From a virus, in IMG/VR virus record IMGVR_UViG_3300020220_000041: DNA of 64,000 nucleotides. One strand, written 5' to 3'. The translations under genes and the position numbers were made by a program. Below the pieces are notes generated by a model. It did no database searches, was not told the origin of the DNA, and was given only the letters and a program-made list of their open reading frames with translations. The stretch's first letter is position 1, and each line of letters starts with the position of its first letter. Positions 1 through 6,774 of the stretch are shown here, piece after piece.

Positions 1-275
1 GTTCTCATCCTCGGCCCACAGCTTGACGAGGGATGCCTTCATGTCGTCAGGCAGCCCGAGGGAGTCGAGGAACACGGTGAACATCGCTTCGTAGTCGCCG
101 AGTTCCGCCATGTCGGGGCCGTGTAGGTCATGGATCTCGTCGTGCTTCGAGTCCATCCACTGACCCTTCGCCAGCCACAGGTGGTTGGGGTCTTCGTCGA
201 GGCACCAGCCTCGACGAAGGATGGTCCGGCTGTGCTCGGGGAGGTCGTTGAGGGAGAGGTTGAGAGTCGTGTGAG
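1..275 (-). CDS. Hypothetical protein, partial (C-terminus lies beyond the window start)
   Basis: Open minus-strand frame from a GTG at 273-275 to the window edge. The translation (VAHTTLNLSLNDLPEHSRTILRRGWCLDEDPNHLWLAKGQWMDSKHDEIHDLHGPDMAELGDYEAMF...) is protein-like. A GCGTAGAGGAG -10-like motif lies just upstream. Confidence 0.5.
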
Positions 276-311
276 CCACCGTGGGTCTCCGTGACTCTCC
301 TCTACGCGGTT

Positions 312-352
312 TGAAGGGTGGAGCCGCCGGTGGGAATCGAACCCACGACCTA
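312..352 (-). pseudogene. 3' fragment of a tRNA (T-arm, acceptor 3' strand and CCA) with no matching 5' half
   Basis: Minus strand reads GGTCGTGGGTTCGATTCCCACCGGCGGCTCCA (T-stem GTGGG/CCCAC, TTCGATT loop, CCA encoded). No complementary GCCGCCG acceptor 5' strand or D-arm lies within 120 nt upstream. The stop codon of the adjacent HNH gene falls inside the fragment. Confidence 0.45.
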
Positions 353-865
353 GTAGGACTTCCCTTCGGCGTACCGCTCCCGACGTGCATGCCTGCCCTT
401 ACCCCTGTTTTTCGCCTTGTAGGTGGGCGTAAGCGCGTGGCAGTTAGCGCACAGCAACTTGAGGTTTTCCTCGGCGTTGTTCTCCGAGTTACCGTCGACG
501 TGCTCGGTCTCCAGAGGGATCGGATGTCCCTCCCACTCCGTGCGCGAACAGCCCTGACAAACGTGCCCGCGAGTCCGGAGGAGGTATCTTCTGAGAGTCT
601 GTGGGTCTTTGGTATGCTCTGGAGCCGTGATTCGGTGTAGGCTTTTGCCCATTGCAATGCAGTCAGCACAGAACTTGTTGGCCCTGACGCAGTTGGAAAC
701 CCCACACGCGGCGCAAAGGCGTCGGGGTCGTGTGAGATCCCTGGTATTGCGTTGACCGAAGGGTGAGCATTGCAGACAGAATTTGCGGTTGCCCACGTTT
801 CTTTGCTTTCCCCCAACCACCACGAGGTTGGGGAACCCCGTCAGACATTTTCGGCAAGTTGGCAC
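350..865 (-). CDS. HNH homing endonuclease
   Basis: 171-aa ORF carrying HVDGNSENNAEENLKLLCANCHA (HNH motif) and a Cys-rich N-terminus. It is paralogous to ORF 1189-1713 (both start MPTC.KC and share NRKFCLQCSPFG). Confidence 0.8.
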   Translation of the reverse strand: MPTCRKCLTGFPNLVVVGGKQRNVGNRKFCLQCSPFGQRNTRDLTRPRRLCAACGVSNCVRANKFCADCIAMGKSLHRITAPEHTKDPQTLRRYLLRTRGHVCQGCSRTEWEGHPIPLETEHVDGNSENNAEENLKLLCANCHALTPTYKAKNRGKGRHARRERYAEGKSY

Positions 866-934
866 AGCTTCACCTCGGTGGTTTGCTAAGATGCTGGGCG
901 CATAGCCAAACCATCGAGGTCGAAGTCTTAGCTA

Positions 935-1006
935 AGCTCCTCCAGGGAATCGAACCCTGCTCTGCGGCTTACAAAACCGCTGCATCGCCGACAATGCTTG
1001 AGGAGC
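935..1006 (-). tRNA. tRNA-Thr (anticodon TGT)
   Basis: Manual cloverleaf: acceptor GCTCCTC/GAGGAGC, D-arm GCAT..ATGC, anticodon stem GCGGT/GCCGC with loop TTTGTAA, T-arm CAGGG-TTCGATT-CCCTG. No CCA encoded. Confidence 0.7.
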
Positions 1007-1010
1007 AAAC

Positions 1011-1084
1011 TGGAGCTACCGGTGGGATTTGAACCCACGACCCCACCTTACCAAGGTGGTGCTCTACCACTGAGCCACGGCAGC
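1011..1084 (-). tRNA. tRNA-Thr (anticodon GGT)
   Basis: Acceptor GCTGCCG/CGGTAGC, D-arm GCTC-AGTGGTA-GAGC, anticodon stem CCACC/GGTGG with loop TTGGTAA, T-arm GTGGG-TTCAAAT-CCCAC. CCA encoded. Confidence 0.7.
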
Positions 1085-1089
1085 GTTGA

Positions 1090-1164
1090 TGGAGCCCACG
1101 GTCGGACTTGAACCGACGACCTGCGCGTTACGAGTGCGCTGCACTACCCCTGTGCTACGTGGGC
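1090..1164 (-). tRNA. tRNA-Thr (anticodon CGT)
   Basis: Acceptor GCCCACG/CGTGGGC, D-arm GCAC-AGGGGTA-GTGC, anticodon loop CTCGTAA (one A:C mismatch at the base of the stem), T-arm GTCGG-TTCAAGT-CCGAC. CCA encoded. Confidence 0.65.
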
Positions 1165-1169
1165 GTGGA

Positions 1170-1245
1170 TGGGGCTGGTGGTGGGATTTCAACCCACAGC
1201 CGCTTGGGTACGAACCAAGTGCTCCGGCAGTTGAGCTACACCAGC
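1170..1245 (-). tRNA. tRNA with anticodon CGT (a second Thr-CGT-like gene)
   Basis: Acceptor GCTGGTG/CACCAGC, D-arm GCTC..GAGC, anticodon stem CTTGG/CCAAG with loop TTCGTAC, T-arm GTGGG-TTGAAAT-CCCAC. CCA encoded. Its 3' 57 nt overlap the tail of HNH ORF 1189-1713. Confidence 0.6.
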
Positions 1246-1713
1246 ATGAAGTTCGCGATGACAGCACGCACACAGCAAAACACACTTGTCGATTTCAGCA
1301 CGAATGACGTCCCAAGAACGAGTTCTGGCGATGGCTTGGGAGACGTTGAAGGATTTGTCTCGTAGATGATGGAAGTCAAACGCCATCGCACAGCGTTGGT
1401 ATCCGCAGATCACACAACAACCTCCAGCGTAGGCCACAGCTTTCGCACCCAGAGCTATGCGTCTGGCTTTTGTCGTGCATGAGCTACAACGTCCTCCAGC
1501 CAAAACGGTGCGCCGCTGCGGCTTGGAGGTCCACAATCGCCCGCACTCTACACAGGGGGTCTTGTTACCTGGCGGGATGTGAAGTGGTTTCCGGTTGTTG
1601 ACTCCGAACGGCGAGCATTCGAGGCAATACTTCCGCGCGCTCAAGCAACGTTTCTTCCCGGCTACAGTGACCCATCCAGGAAACACCGCTGAACACTTTA
1701 CACAGGTCGGCAT
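1189..1713 (-). CDS. HNH homing endonuclease (paralog of 350-865)
   Basis: 174-aa ORF ending in CVLLCACCHRELHAG (HNH). It sits between tRNA genes. Confidence 0.75.
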   Translation of the reverse strand: MPTCVKCSAVFPGWVTVAGKKRCLSARKYCLECSPFGVNNRKPLHIPPGNKTPCVECGRLWTSKPQRRTVLAGGRCSSCTTKARRIALGAKAVAYAGGCCVICGYQRCAMAFDFHHLRDKSFNVSQAIARTRSWDVIRAEIDKCVLLCACCHRELHAGVAQLPEHLVRTQAAVG

Positions 1714-1760
1714 GCTATCTCCATGTCGCCTTCTACACTACAGCATTTTCAAAGAACTGA

Positions 1761-1836
1761 TGGTGGGGTCGGCGAGGTTCGAACTCGCGTCTCACGACTT
1801 AAAAGGACGGTGCTCTGCCACTTGAGCTACGACCCC
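1761..1836 (-). tRNA. tRNA-Lys-like (anticodon TTT), with an atypically weak anticodon stem
   Basis: Acceptor GGGGTCG/CGACCCC, D-arm GCTC-AAGTGGCA-GAGC, T-arm GCGAG-TTCGAAC-CTCGC, CCA encoded. The anticodon loop is CTTTTAA, but the flanking stem CCGTC/GTCGT pairs at only 3 of 5 positions. Confidence 0.5.
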
Positions 1837-1860
1837 GAGGTATGGGGCCGCAGGTCGGGT

Positions 1861-1935
1861 TGGTTGGGCGGAGAGGACTCGAACCTCTACTGCTGGGGTC
1901 AAAACCCAGTGTCCTGCCGATTAGACGACCACCCA
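1861..1935 (-). tRNA. tRNA-Gln (anticodon TTG)
   Basis: U1:A72 acceptor TGGGTGG/CCGCCCA (typical of bacterial tRNA-Gln), D-arm GTCT..GGAC, anticodon stem CTGGG/CCCAG with loop TTTTGAC, T-arm AGAGG-TTCGAGT-CCTCT. CCA encoded. Confidence 0.65.
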
Positions 1936-1941
1936 GTACGG

Positions 1942-1977
1942 TGATCTCGAGCCTCCCCGAGGGAAGGAGTCGAGATC
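1942..1977. terminator. Long GC-rich hairpin (8+4 bp stem) between the SLOG gene and the tRNA cluster
   Basis: GATCTCGAGCCTCC...GGAGTCGAGATC forms a perfect inverted repeat. There is no U-tract (an I-shaped, high-GC style). Confidence 0.35.
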
Positions 1978-2095
1978 AGCTACGTTGGGTGGTCCCCGAC
2001 GTTCGGGTCAACAGGCACACGAGACCACGCCCCGCAACCGACGTGCGGCGGGATGTGGTTGTGCGTTTGAGCAGTGCCTGTGACATGTTGAGAAC

Positions 2096-2848
2096 CTACT
2101 CCGGGTCGTCGGACGTGTCAAGAAGGGTGGTCATCATCGCCTGGTTCATCGCCTCACCGATGGAGGCGAGTTCGTGGGCATACACGTCGGCGAACAGGTC
2201 GAGAGCGGAGCCTTCTTCGACCTCGACCCCTTCCGCTGTGAGCCGCTTCTTGATGGCAACACCGTAGGGCGTCCCAAACGAGGTGCCTTTGGCCTGATCC
2301 CGGAGCGACTCGGAGGGCTTCTCGATGCGGAGGTCCCCCGTGCGGGGGTCGATGACGAGCACCTTCCGCCCACGTCGAAGGATCTCCTTCACAGCGGCCC
2401 AGGTGCCTCCAGCTTGCCGCCCGTCCCACACGGCGATGGCAGCCCCCTCGGTCGAGTGGTCGATCATCCAGCGGTTGCGTGCGTGGAAGCGGGCTCCAAT
2501 GTGGGTGGTGGCGTACAGGGGGTCCAGCCACACCCCCACGGTCATGTTCGCGCGATCGAGGGCCTGCTGGTAGCGATCCCTCGCTTCACGAGGCCAGGGC
2601 TCCTGCTGGTTTTCCGTCGGGATGGCCGCCACCAGAGGACAGCCGAGTTCCAGAGCGACTTCGGCGAACTCGATGTCTGTCCCGATGGCCATCCCGCTGA
2701 TGGCGACCACGCCCTCTGGGTTGCGCTCCTTCATCTTGGTCAGGATGCGCTCGAGGGTGCCGCGAACCACGTCAGCCCGTTGCCCACGGACATCGCGATG
2801 GCCCGTGACCATCACCCGAAATCCAGTAGGCCAGCCTTCCTGCGACAT
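2096..2848 (-). CDS. SLOG/DprA-LOG-like Rossmann protein (DUF2493-like)
   Basis: 250 aa. Motifs RVMVTGHRD, ISGMAIGTD and AAIPTENQQEPW are typical of phage SLOG-family proteins. Confidence 0.5.
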   Translation of the reverse strand: MSQEGWPTGFRVMVTGHRDVRGQRADVVRGTLERILTKMKERNPEGVVAISGMAIGTDIEFAEVALELGCPLVAAIPTENQQEPWPREARDRYQQALDRANMTVGVWLDPLYATTHIGARFHARNRWMIDHSTEGAAIAVWDGRQAGGTWAAVKEILRRGRKVLVIDPRTGDLRIEKPSESLRDQAKGTSFGTPYGVAIKKRLTAEGVEVEEGSALDLFADVYAHELASIGEAMNQAMMTTLLDTSDDPE

Positions 2849-2856
2849 GCTGCCTA

Positions 2857-3057
2857 CTACGCGTCTTCGGACTCCTCGAACTCGTCATCCTCATCTTCGT
2901 CCTCGTCGATGTCGATTTCAGAGGACAACTCGTCGAGTAGATCGGCAGCGCGGTCGAGTTCGTTGTCGTCGAGTTCTTCCCACAGATCCCGATCTCCATC
3001 CATCATGGCGTGTAGGGCCGCGTGGAGGATTCGGGCATCGAGCTTGGTCAACTTCAT
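2857..3057 (-). CDS. Small acidic protein
   Basis: 66 aa with a D/E-rich tail. Its stop sits in GCGTAGTAG immediately before the next start. Confidence 0.5.
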   Translation of the reverse strand: MKLTKLDARILHAALHAMMDGDRDLWEELDDNELDRAADLLDELSSEIDIDEDEDEDDEFEESEDA

Positions 3058-3081
3058 CTGGGCCTCCTGGCTCTGCGGATG

Positions 3082-4089
3082 CTACCCGCCAGAGCTAAAA
3101 CCCCGCTTCTGCACGTAACGGTGAACCTTGGCGGGATCGCCTCCCGTCTCCTCCCACATGTCGATGAACCGGTTCATCGACTCGAACCACTCGCCGTGCC
3201 GCTCGGGGTTGGGGCGGGTCGTGACGATGCGCTCGACGTTGTAGGTGTGCCGTCGCAGGTGGCCCCGGGTGCCGTAGTAGTAGCGGTTGTTGAGAACCTG
3301 GCGTTCGATGTAGGGCTTGTCGGCCTTGACGAGGAAGGGAGCCGAGGACGCCCGGTACAGGTCGCGGAGGAAGTCCTCGATGTCGCCGAGGCCGGTGAGC
3401 TTCCGGGCCTCGGTGGGGCCGACGGGGGTCTCCACGTAGCGGTCCTCGTAGACGGTGACGTACTGGTGCAGGTTCCCGTCGTACTTCTGGGCGGGGACGC
3501 GCTCCTGCCAGACGGGCCAGGTCACGGTCTTGTGGCTCATGGAGCGGGTGAGGAGGCGGTGTCCCCAGCCGGTCTCCACGATCTCCCGCAGGAGCCGGAC
3601 CCGACGAGCGTGGCGACGCTCCCGCACGGCCTTCTCCTCGGCCTTCTTCTCCTCGGGGGTGAGGGCGGGCCGGAGACGGAAGCCGTAGCGGAACTCGTCG
3701 GTGCGGAACTCCTCGTAGACCCGAAGGTGGGTGAGGGCGTGCTCCCCGATGAGCCCCTTGGGGAGGATCGACCGCATGTACGACAGGCGGGTCGAGGGGT
3801 CCTCGATGTCCTTGGTGATCTCGACCGCCCACTTCTCGAAGTGCCCGAGCTTGTCGGCCGCCCGACGCTCCGACACGATGTAGCTGATCTTCTCGTCGGG
3901 GTAGTAGAAGAGGTCGACGTCGTCGTCCGCCTCGAACTCCTCGTCGCGGAGCACCTTCCGCAATGCCTGCCGGATCTGGTGCCGGTTCCGCTGCTTGACC
4001 TCGCGAAGCTCGTACCGGGCGGACTTCCGCCGCGTCGAGGGAAGGATGGAACGAGCCATCTCCCGTCGCTTCTCATCACCGTAAAACAT
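3082..4089 (-). CDS. Hypothetical protein
   Basis: 335-aa ORF with protein-like composition (KR/DE-rich, aromatic residues). No recognisable motif. Confidence 0.55.
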   Translation of the reverse strand: MFYGDEKRREMARSILPSTRRKSARYELREVKQRNRHQIRQALRKVLRDEEFEADDDVDLFYYPDEKISYIVSERRAADKLGHFEKWAVEITKDIEDPSTRLSYMRSILPKGLIGEHALTHLRVYEEFRTDEFRYGFRLRPALTPEEKKAEEKAVRERRHARRVRLLREIVETGWGHRLLTRSMSHKTVTWPVWQERVPAQKYDGNLHQYVTVYEDRYVETPVGPTEARKLTGLGDIEDFLRDLYRASSAPFLVKADKPYIERQVLNNRYYYGTRGHLRRHTYNVERIVTTRPNPERHGEWFESMNRFIDMWEETGGDPAKVHRYVQKRGFSSGG

Positions 4090-4240
4090 GACCAGTCCTC
4101 TCGGTGAGGCCGAGAGGTCGGAGGGGAATTCCTCCGGTCTTACCTCACCTAGTGCGTGGTCCAGGCGACCACTAAACTATGGTGGTCGCGACGCCTGGCG
4201 GTGAGGTTGCGGGTCATGGAGAACTCCTGTTGAGGGAACT

Positions 4241-4627
4241 CTACTCGGAATCGGGGACTTGTGCAGCCCCCTCTGGCGGCTTCCAGGTGAGGTCGCTGAC
4301 CCAGGGGTGCATGGTGCCGGGGTAGCCTCGACACCAATGCGAGTCCGAGGGGGACCACTTCGGGCGTTCGGCACCCCGCTTGCCCCGCTTCAGGGCTCGC
4401 TCGGCCTTCAGGGCCTCGGACTGGTTGGCGTAGGGACCGAACACGGCACGAAGCTGCCACGGGCGATGCTTCGCTGTGTACCGGCCTCCGCCGACAATCT
4501 CGCCGTTGTGCTGACGCAGGCGACGGGGGACGAGGGTGGTGCATCCGACGTAGTAGAAGCCAGGAAGGGGGCGACCCCGCTTCCCGAACCTCGGCTCGAG
4601 CGACTGGATGACGTAGACCCACCACAT
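4241..4627 (-). CDS. GIY-YIG nuclease family protein
   Basis: WWVYVIQS...GFYYVGCT...RRLRQHNG matches the GIY-YIG core. The likely start is the ATG at 4627 (the track ORF extends to 4657). Confidence 0.6.
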   Translation of the reverse strand: MWWVYVIQSLEPRFGKRGRPLPGFYYVGCTTLVPRRLRQHNGEIVGGGRYTAKHRPWQLRAVFGPYANQSEALKAERALKRGKRGAERPKWSPSDSHWCRGYPGTMHPWVSDLTWKPPEGAAQVPDSE

Positions 4628-4663
4628 GATGACAGTGTACCCGCCGCCCTGAGACAACTCGGG

Positions 4664-4688
4664 CCGGGATGGTGATGTCCCATCCCGG
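4664..4688. terminator. Hairpin CCGGGATGG-N7-CCATCCCGG downstream of gene 4713-5201
   Basis: Perfect 9-bp stem, 25 nt past the stop codon. Confidence 0.4.
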
Positions 4689-4712
4689 CCCGAGTTTCAA
4701 GTCAACGAGGGA

Positions 4713-5201
4713 CTACGCGAGGGTGCAGCCGTCGTTCTGCGCGACGCGCCAACGGAGGGCCGTACCGTTGTAGACGGCGACAAGCTGGATGCTGTCGTTC
4801 ACGTCGTTGAGGGTGATGACCGTGTTGCCGGCCTGGTTGATCGCCTGAGCGACCGTCACCACGCAGTCCCCGCCGTCCGTCTGGAAGTAGAGGGTGACCA
4901 TCTGGTTGATGAAGGTCGGGATGGCCAGGGTGCGGGTCTGGGCCCCGGTGGTCACCAGCGCACAGGTGCCCGAGCGGGTCACGACGATGGCCCCCGCGTT
5001 CCCCGGGTCGGTGATGATGTTGTCGGGGCGGACGATGCCCAACTCGGCGAGAACCGCCTCGACGGTGGTTCCCGAGAAGTAGCCGGCAGAGTCGACCACG
5101 CCCACGAGGGCCGCTCCGAAGGAAGCGGTCGTGGACGCAAGCTGCGCCTGGAAGTTCGAGACAAGCTGCGAGACCTGACGTGCGGTGAACCGGATGGACA
5201 T
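4713..5201 (-). CDS. Beta-rich structural-type protein, tandem paralog A
   Basis: 162 aa. Its C-terminal ~100 aa are nearly identical to ORF 5231-6022 (GDCVVTVAQAINQAGNTVITLNDVNDSIQLVAVYNGTALRWRVAQNDGCTLA). A good RBS (AGAGGT) precedes the ATG. Confidence 0.6.
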   Translation of the reverse strand: MSIRFTARQVSQLVSNFQAQLASTTASFGAALVGVVDSAGYFSGTTVEAVLAELGIVRPDNIITDPGNAGAIVVTRSGTCALVTTGAQTRTLAIPTFINQMVTLYFQTDGGDCVVTVAQAINQAGNTVITLNDVNDSIQLVAVYNGTALRWRVAQNDGCTLA

Positions 5202-5230
5202 CGTGAACCTCTAGCGAAAAGGTGGGTAGA

Positions 5231-5662
5231 TCAGGAGAGAGCGCAGCCGTCGTTCTCAGCGAGACGCCAACGGAGAGCGGACCCGTTGTAGACCCCGACG
5301 AGTTGGACGCTGTCGTTCACATCGTTGAGGGTGACGATCGTGTTGCCGGCCACGTTGAAGGCGTTCGCCACGGTCACGACGCAATCCCCACCGTCCGTCT
5401 GGAAGTAGAGGACGATGCGCTGGTTCACGAAGGTGGGAGCCGCCAGGGTTCGGGTCTGGGCACCCGAGGTCACGATGGCGCAAGTCCCCGACCGAGTGAC
5501 CGGGATGGCCCCCCCGTTCCCCGGGTCGGTGATGATCGTCCCGACCATCGCGAGACCCAACTCGGCGAGAGCCGCCTCAACGGTGGTTCCCGTGAGGTAG
5601 GCCGCGGTGTCCGCAACACCCACGAGAGCCGCACCGCTGTGGGTGTGGACGAGGCCATACAC
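5231..5662 (-). CDS. Tandem paralog B of 4713-5201 (start uncertain)
   Basis: The homologous region starts near HSGAALVGVADTAAYLTG. The upstream part of track ORF 5231-6022 is a P/S/R-rich read-through. A GTG at 5662 or a TTG at 5761 are candidate starts. Confidence 0.45.
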   Translation of the reverse strand: MYGLVHTHSGAALVGVADTAAYLTGTTVEAALAELGLAMVGTIITDPGNGGAIPVTRSGTCAIVTSGAQTRTLAAPTFVNQRIVLYFQTDGGDCVVTVANAFNVAGNTIVTLNDVNDSVQLVGVYNGSALRWRLAENDGCALS

Positions 5663-5818
5663 GGGCTCGTCGTCTGGACAGCCCCCGTGGGTTGGCGCGT
5701 TCGTGTCGGGGCCGACTTCTGGGTTGATCGCGAGAAGGGAGTGCTCGGCCGTGCAACCCAAGGGCCGTGGGTCGAGGGACAGGGTGCCGAGGTGCTGACG
5801 GGCTACGGCTTCTAGGGC

Positions 5819-6002
5819 ACTACGAGAGCGACACGGACTCGCTCGATACCAACTGCCAGCGGAAGTTGGCTCCGACAAGCACCCCTTGAAGTAGGGCGAA
5901 GTCTCGAAGCCCGTTGAACGTGAGGGTGGTGTTGTTGGCCTTGTTGACGCCACTGGCGAACACGAACTGCCGTGTGCCGCCGAGGGTTGCTGAGCTGCTC
6001 GC
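5819..6002 (-). CDS. C-terminal segment of a gene split by the 6003-6476 insertion
   Basis: Directly left of the TIR, the minus strand reads ASSSATLGGTRQFVFASGVNKANNTTLTFNGLRDFALLQGVLVGANFRWQLVSSESVSLS followed by a stop. It is in frame with ORF 6474-6737 if 6003-6476 is removed exactly. Confidence 0.45.
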
Positions 6003-6476
6003 TGAAACCTACCTAAACCCACCCCAAAGTTAGGCGAACCTCAGGGACAGAAGCGATTCGCCTACAGGGCCCTTGCCAGGGCGTTGTCGGCGAAGGCTCC
6101 TGTCGAGGTCGTGAATCCAGCCTACACTTCGCAGGAATGCCCTTCCTGTGGTCATGTCTCCCGTGGGAATCGCACGGGAACGAAGTTCCAATGCCGTTCA
6201 TGCGGCAGGAAAGCTCACGCCGATTGGGTGGGAGCGTCCGGTGTTCTCAGACGTTCTGGGGATAACGACATCGGACGTGATGATCATCCACGGACCGTGA
6301 AAGCGACGTTGCGAAGGCGATGCCTGCTCCGCAGGCTCAGTCCCGCAAGGTCGTCATGCGAGCCCTCACCGTTGGGCCGGAGTCTTACTACCGAGGTACT
6401 CGTTCAGTCGGGGCTCGGCACAGGCTCGAACTTGGTGCCTGCTCACCTCCCTCTGGGTAGGTTTAGGTAGGTTTCA
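6003..6476. mobile_element. Miniature TIR-bounded element carrying a TnpB (IS605 OrfB) C-terminal remnant
   Basis: Perfect 17-bp terminal inverted repeats: TGAAACCTACCTAAACC at 6003-6019 and GGTTTAGGTAGGTTTCA at 6460-6476. The internal ORF has the TnpB zinc-finger/RuvC-III region. No obvious target-site duplication. Confidence 0.6.
6084..6470 (+). pseudogene. TnpB C-terminal fragment (truncated, lacks RuvC-I/II)
   Basis: NPAYTSQECPSCGHV...TKFQCRSCGRKAHADWVGASGVLRR matches the TnpB zinc ribbon plus RuvC-III. It is only 128 aa and has no N-terminal domains. Confidence 0.65.
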
Positions 6477-6737
6477 AGGAACGGTTGAGCCCACCACGAG
6501 AGAGAGCATCTGACCCGAGTAGATGGGGTTGGCGACCGTGGTGACCTCGGTTGGCCCCGCCGACCCAATCTCGATCGAGATGGCGGTGTTCACCGTCAGA
6601 GCGATGGAGTTGATGCCCGGATCGGGCATGTCTGCGGTGACGAGCGTCGTTCCGTAGATGCTCTCGAGGTAGGAGAGCCTCGAGAGGATCTGAAGGTAGC
6701 CGTGGCGGGGGATGGTCACGAACTCTGGACGCGGCAT
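6474..6737 (-). CDS. N-terminal segment of the gene split by the 6003-6476 element
   Basis: 87-aa ORF (MPRPEFVTIPRHGYLQ...LSLVVGSTVP) whose TGA stop lies inside the right TIR. The ATG is at 6737. Confidence 0.5.
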   Translation of the reverse strand: MPRPEFVTIPRHGYLQILSRLSYLESIYGTTLVTADMPDPGINSIALTVNTAISIEIGSAGPTEVTTVANPIYSGQMLSLVVGSTVP

Positions 6738-6774
6738 TCCGAAGTCCTCTCACCCGAGAGCCGCTATAAGCGGC

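Noticed and set aside
866-934. A 5' exon that would make the 312-352 tRNA fragment an intron-containing tRNA housing the HNH gene
   Set aside because: No GCCGCCG acceptor strand, D-arm or anticodon stem could be found in 866-934, or in 353-440 on the minus strand. I therefore treat it as a truncated remnant rather than a group I intron-split tRNA.
2174-4107. Long ORFs on the opposite strand of clear genes (2174-3118 +, 3022-4107 +, 25687-28494 -, 28594-30312 -, 58659-61100 -, 32048-33937 -)
   Set aside because: Their translations are R/G/P/H-rich and low in complexity. They are typical antisense open frames of 64% GC DNA, and each overlaps a gene with recognisable domains on the other strand.
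5231-6022. Taking track ORF 5231-6022 at face value as a single 263-aa gene
   Set aside because: The first ~80 residues are S/P/R-rich read-through and overlap the left TIR of the inserted element. Homology to the neighbouring paralog starts about 120 residues in. My hand translation of the printed sequence and the track also disagree by one base in an A/T run at about 5939-5941, so the exact frame there is uncertain.
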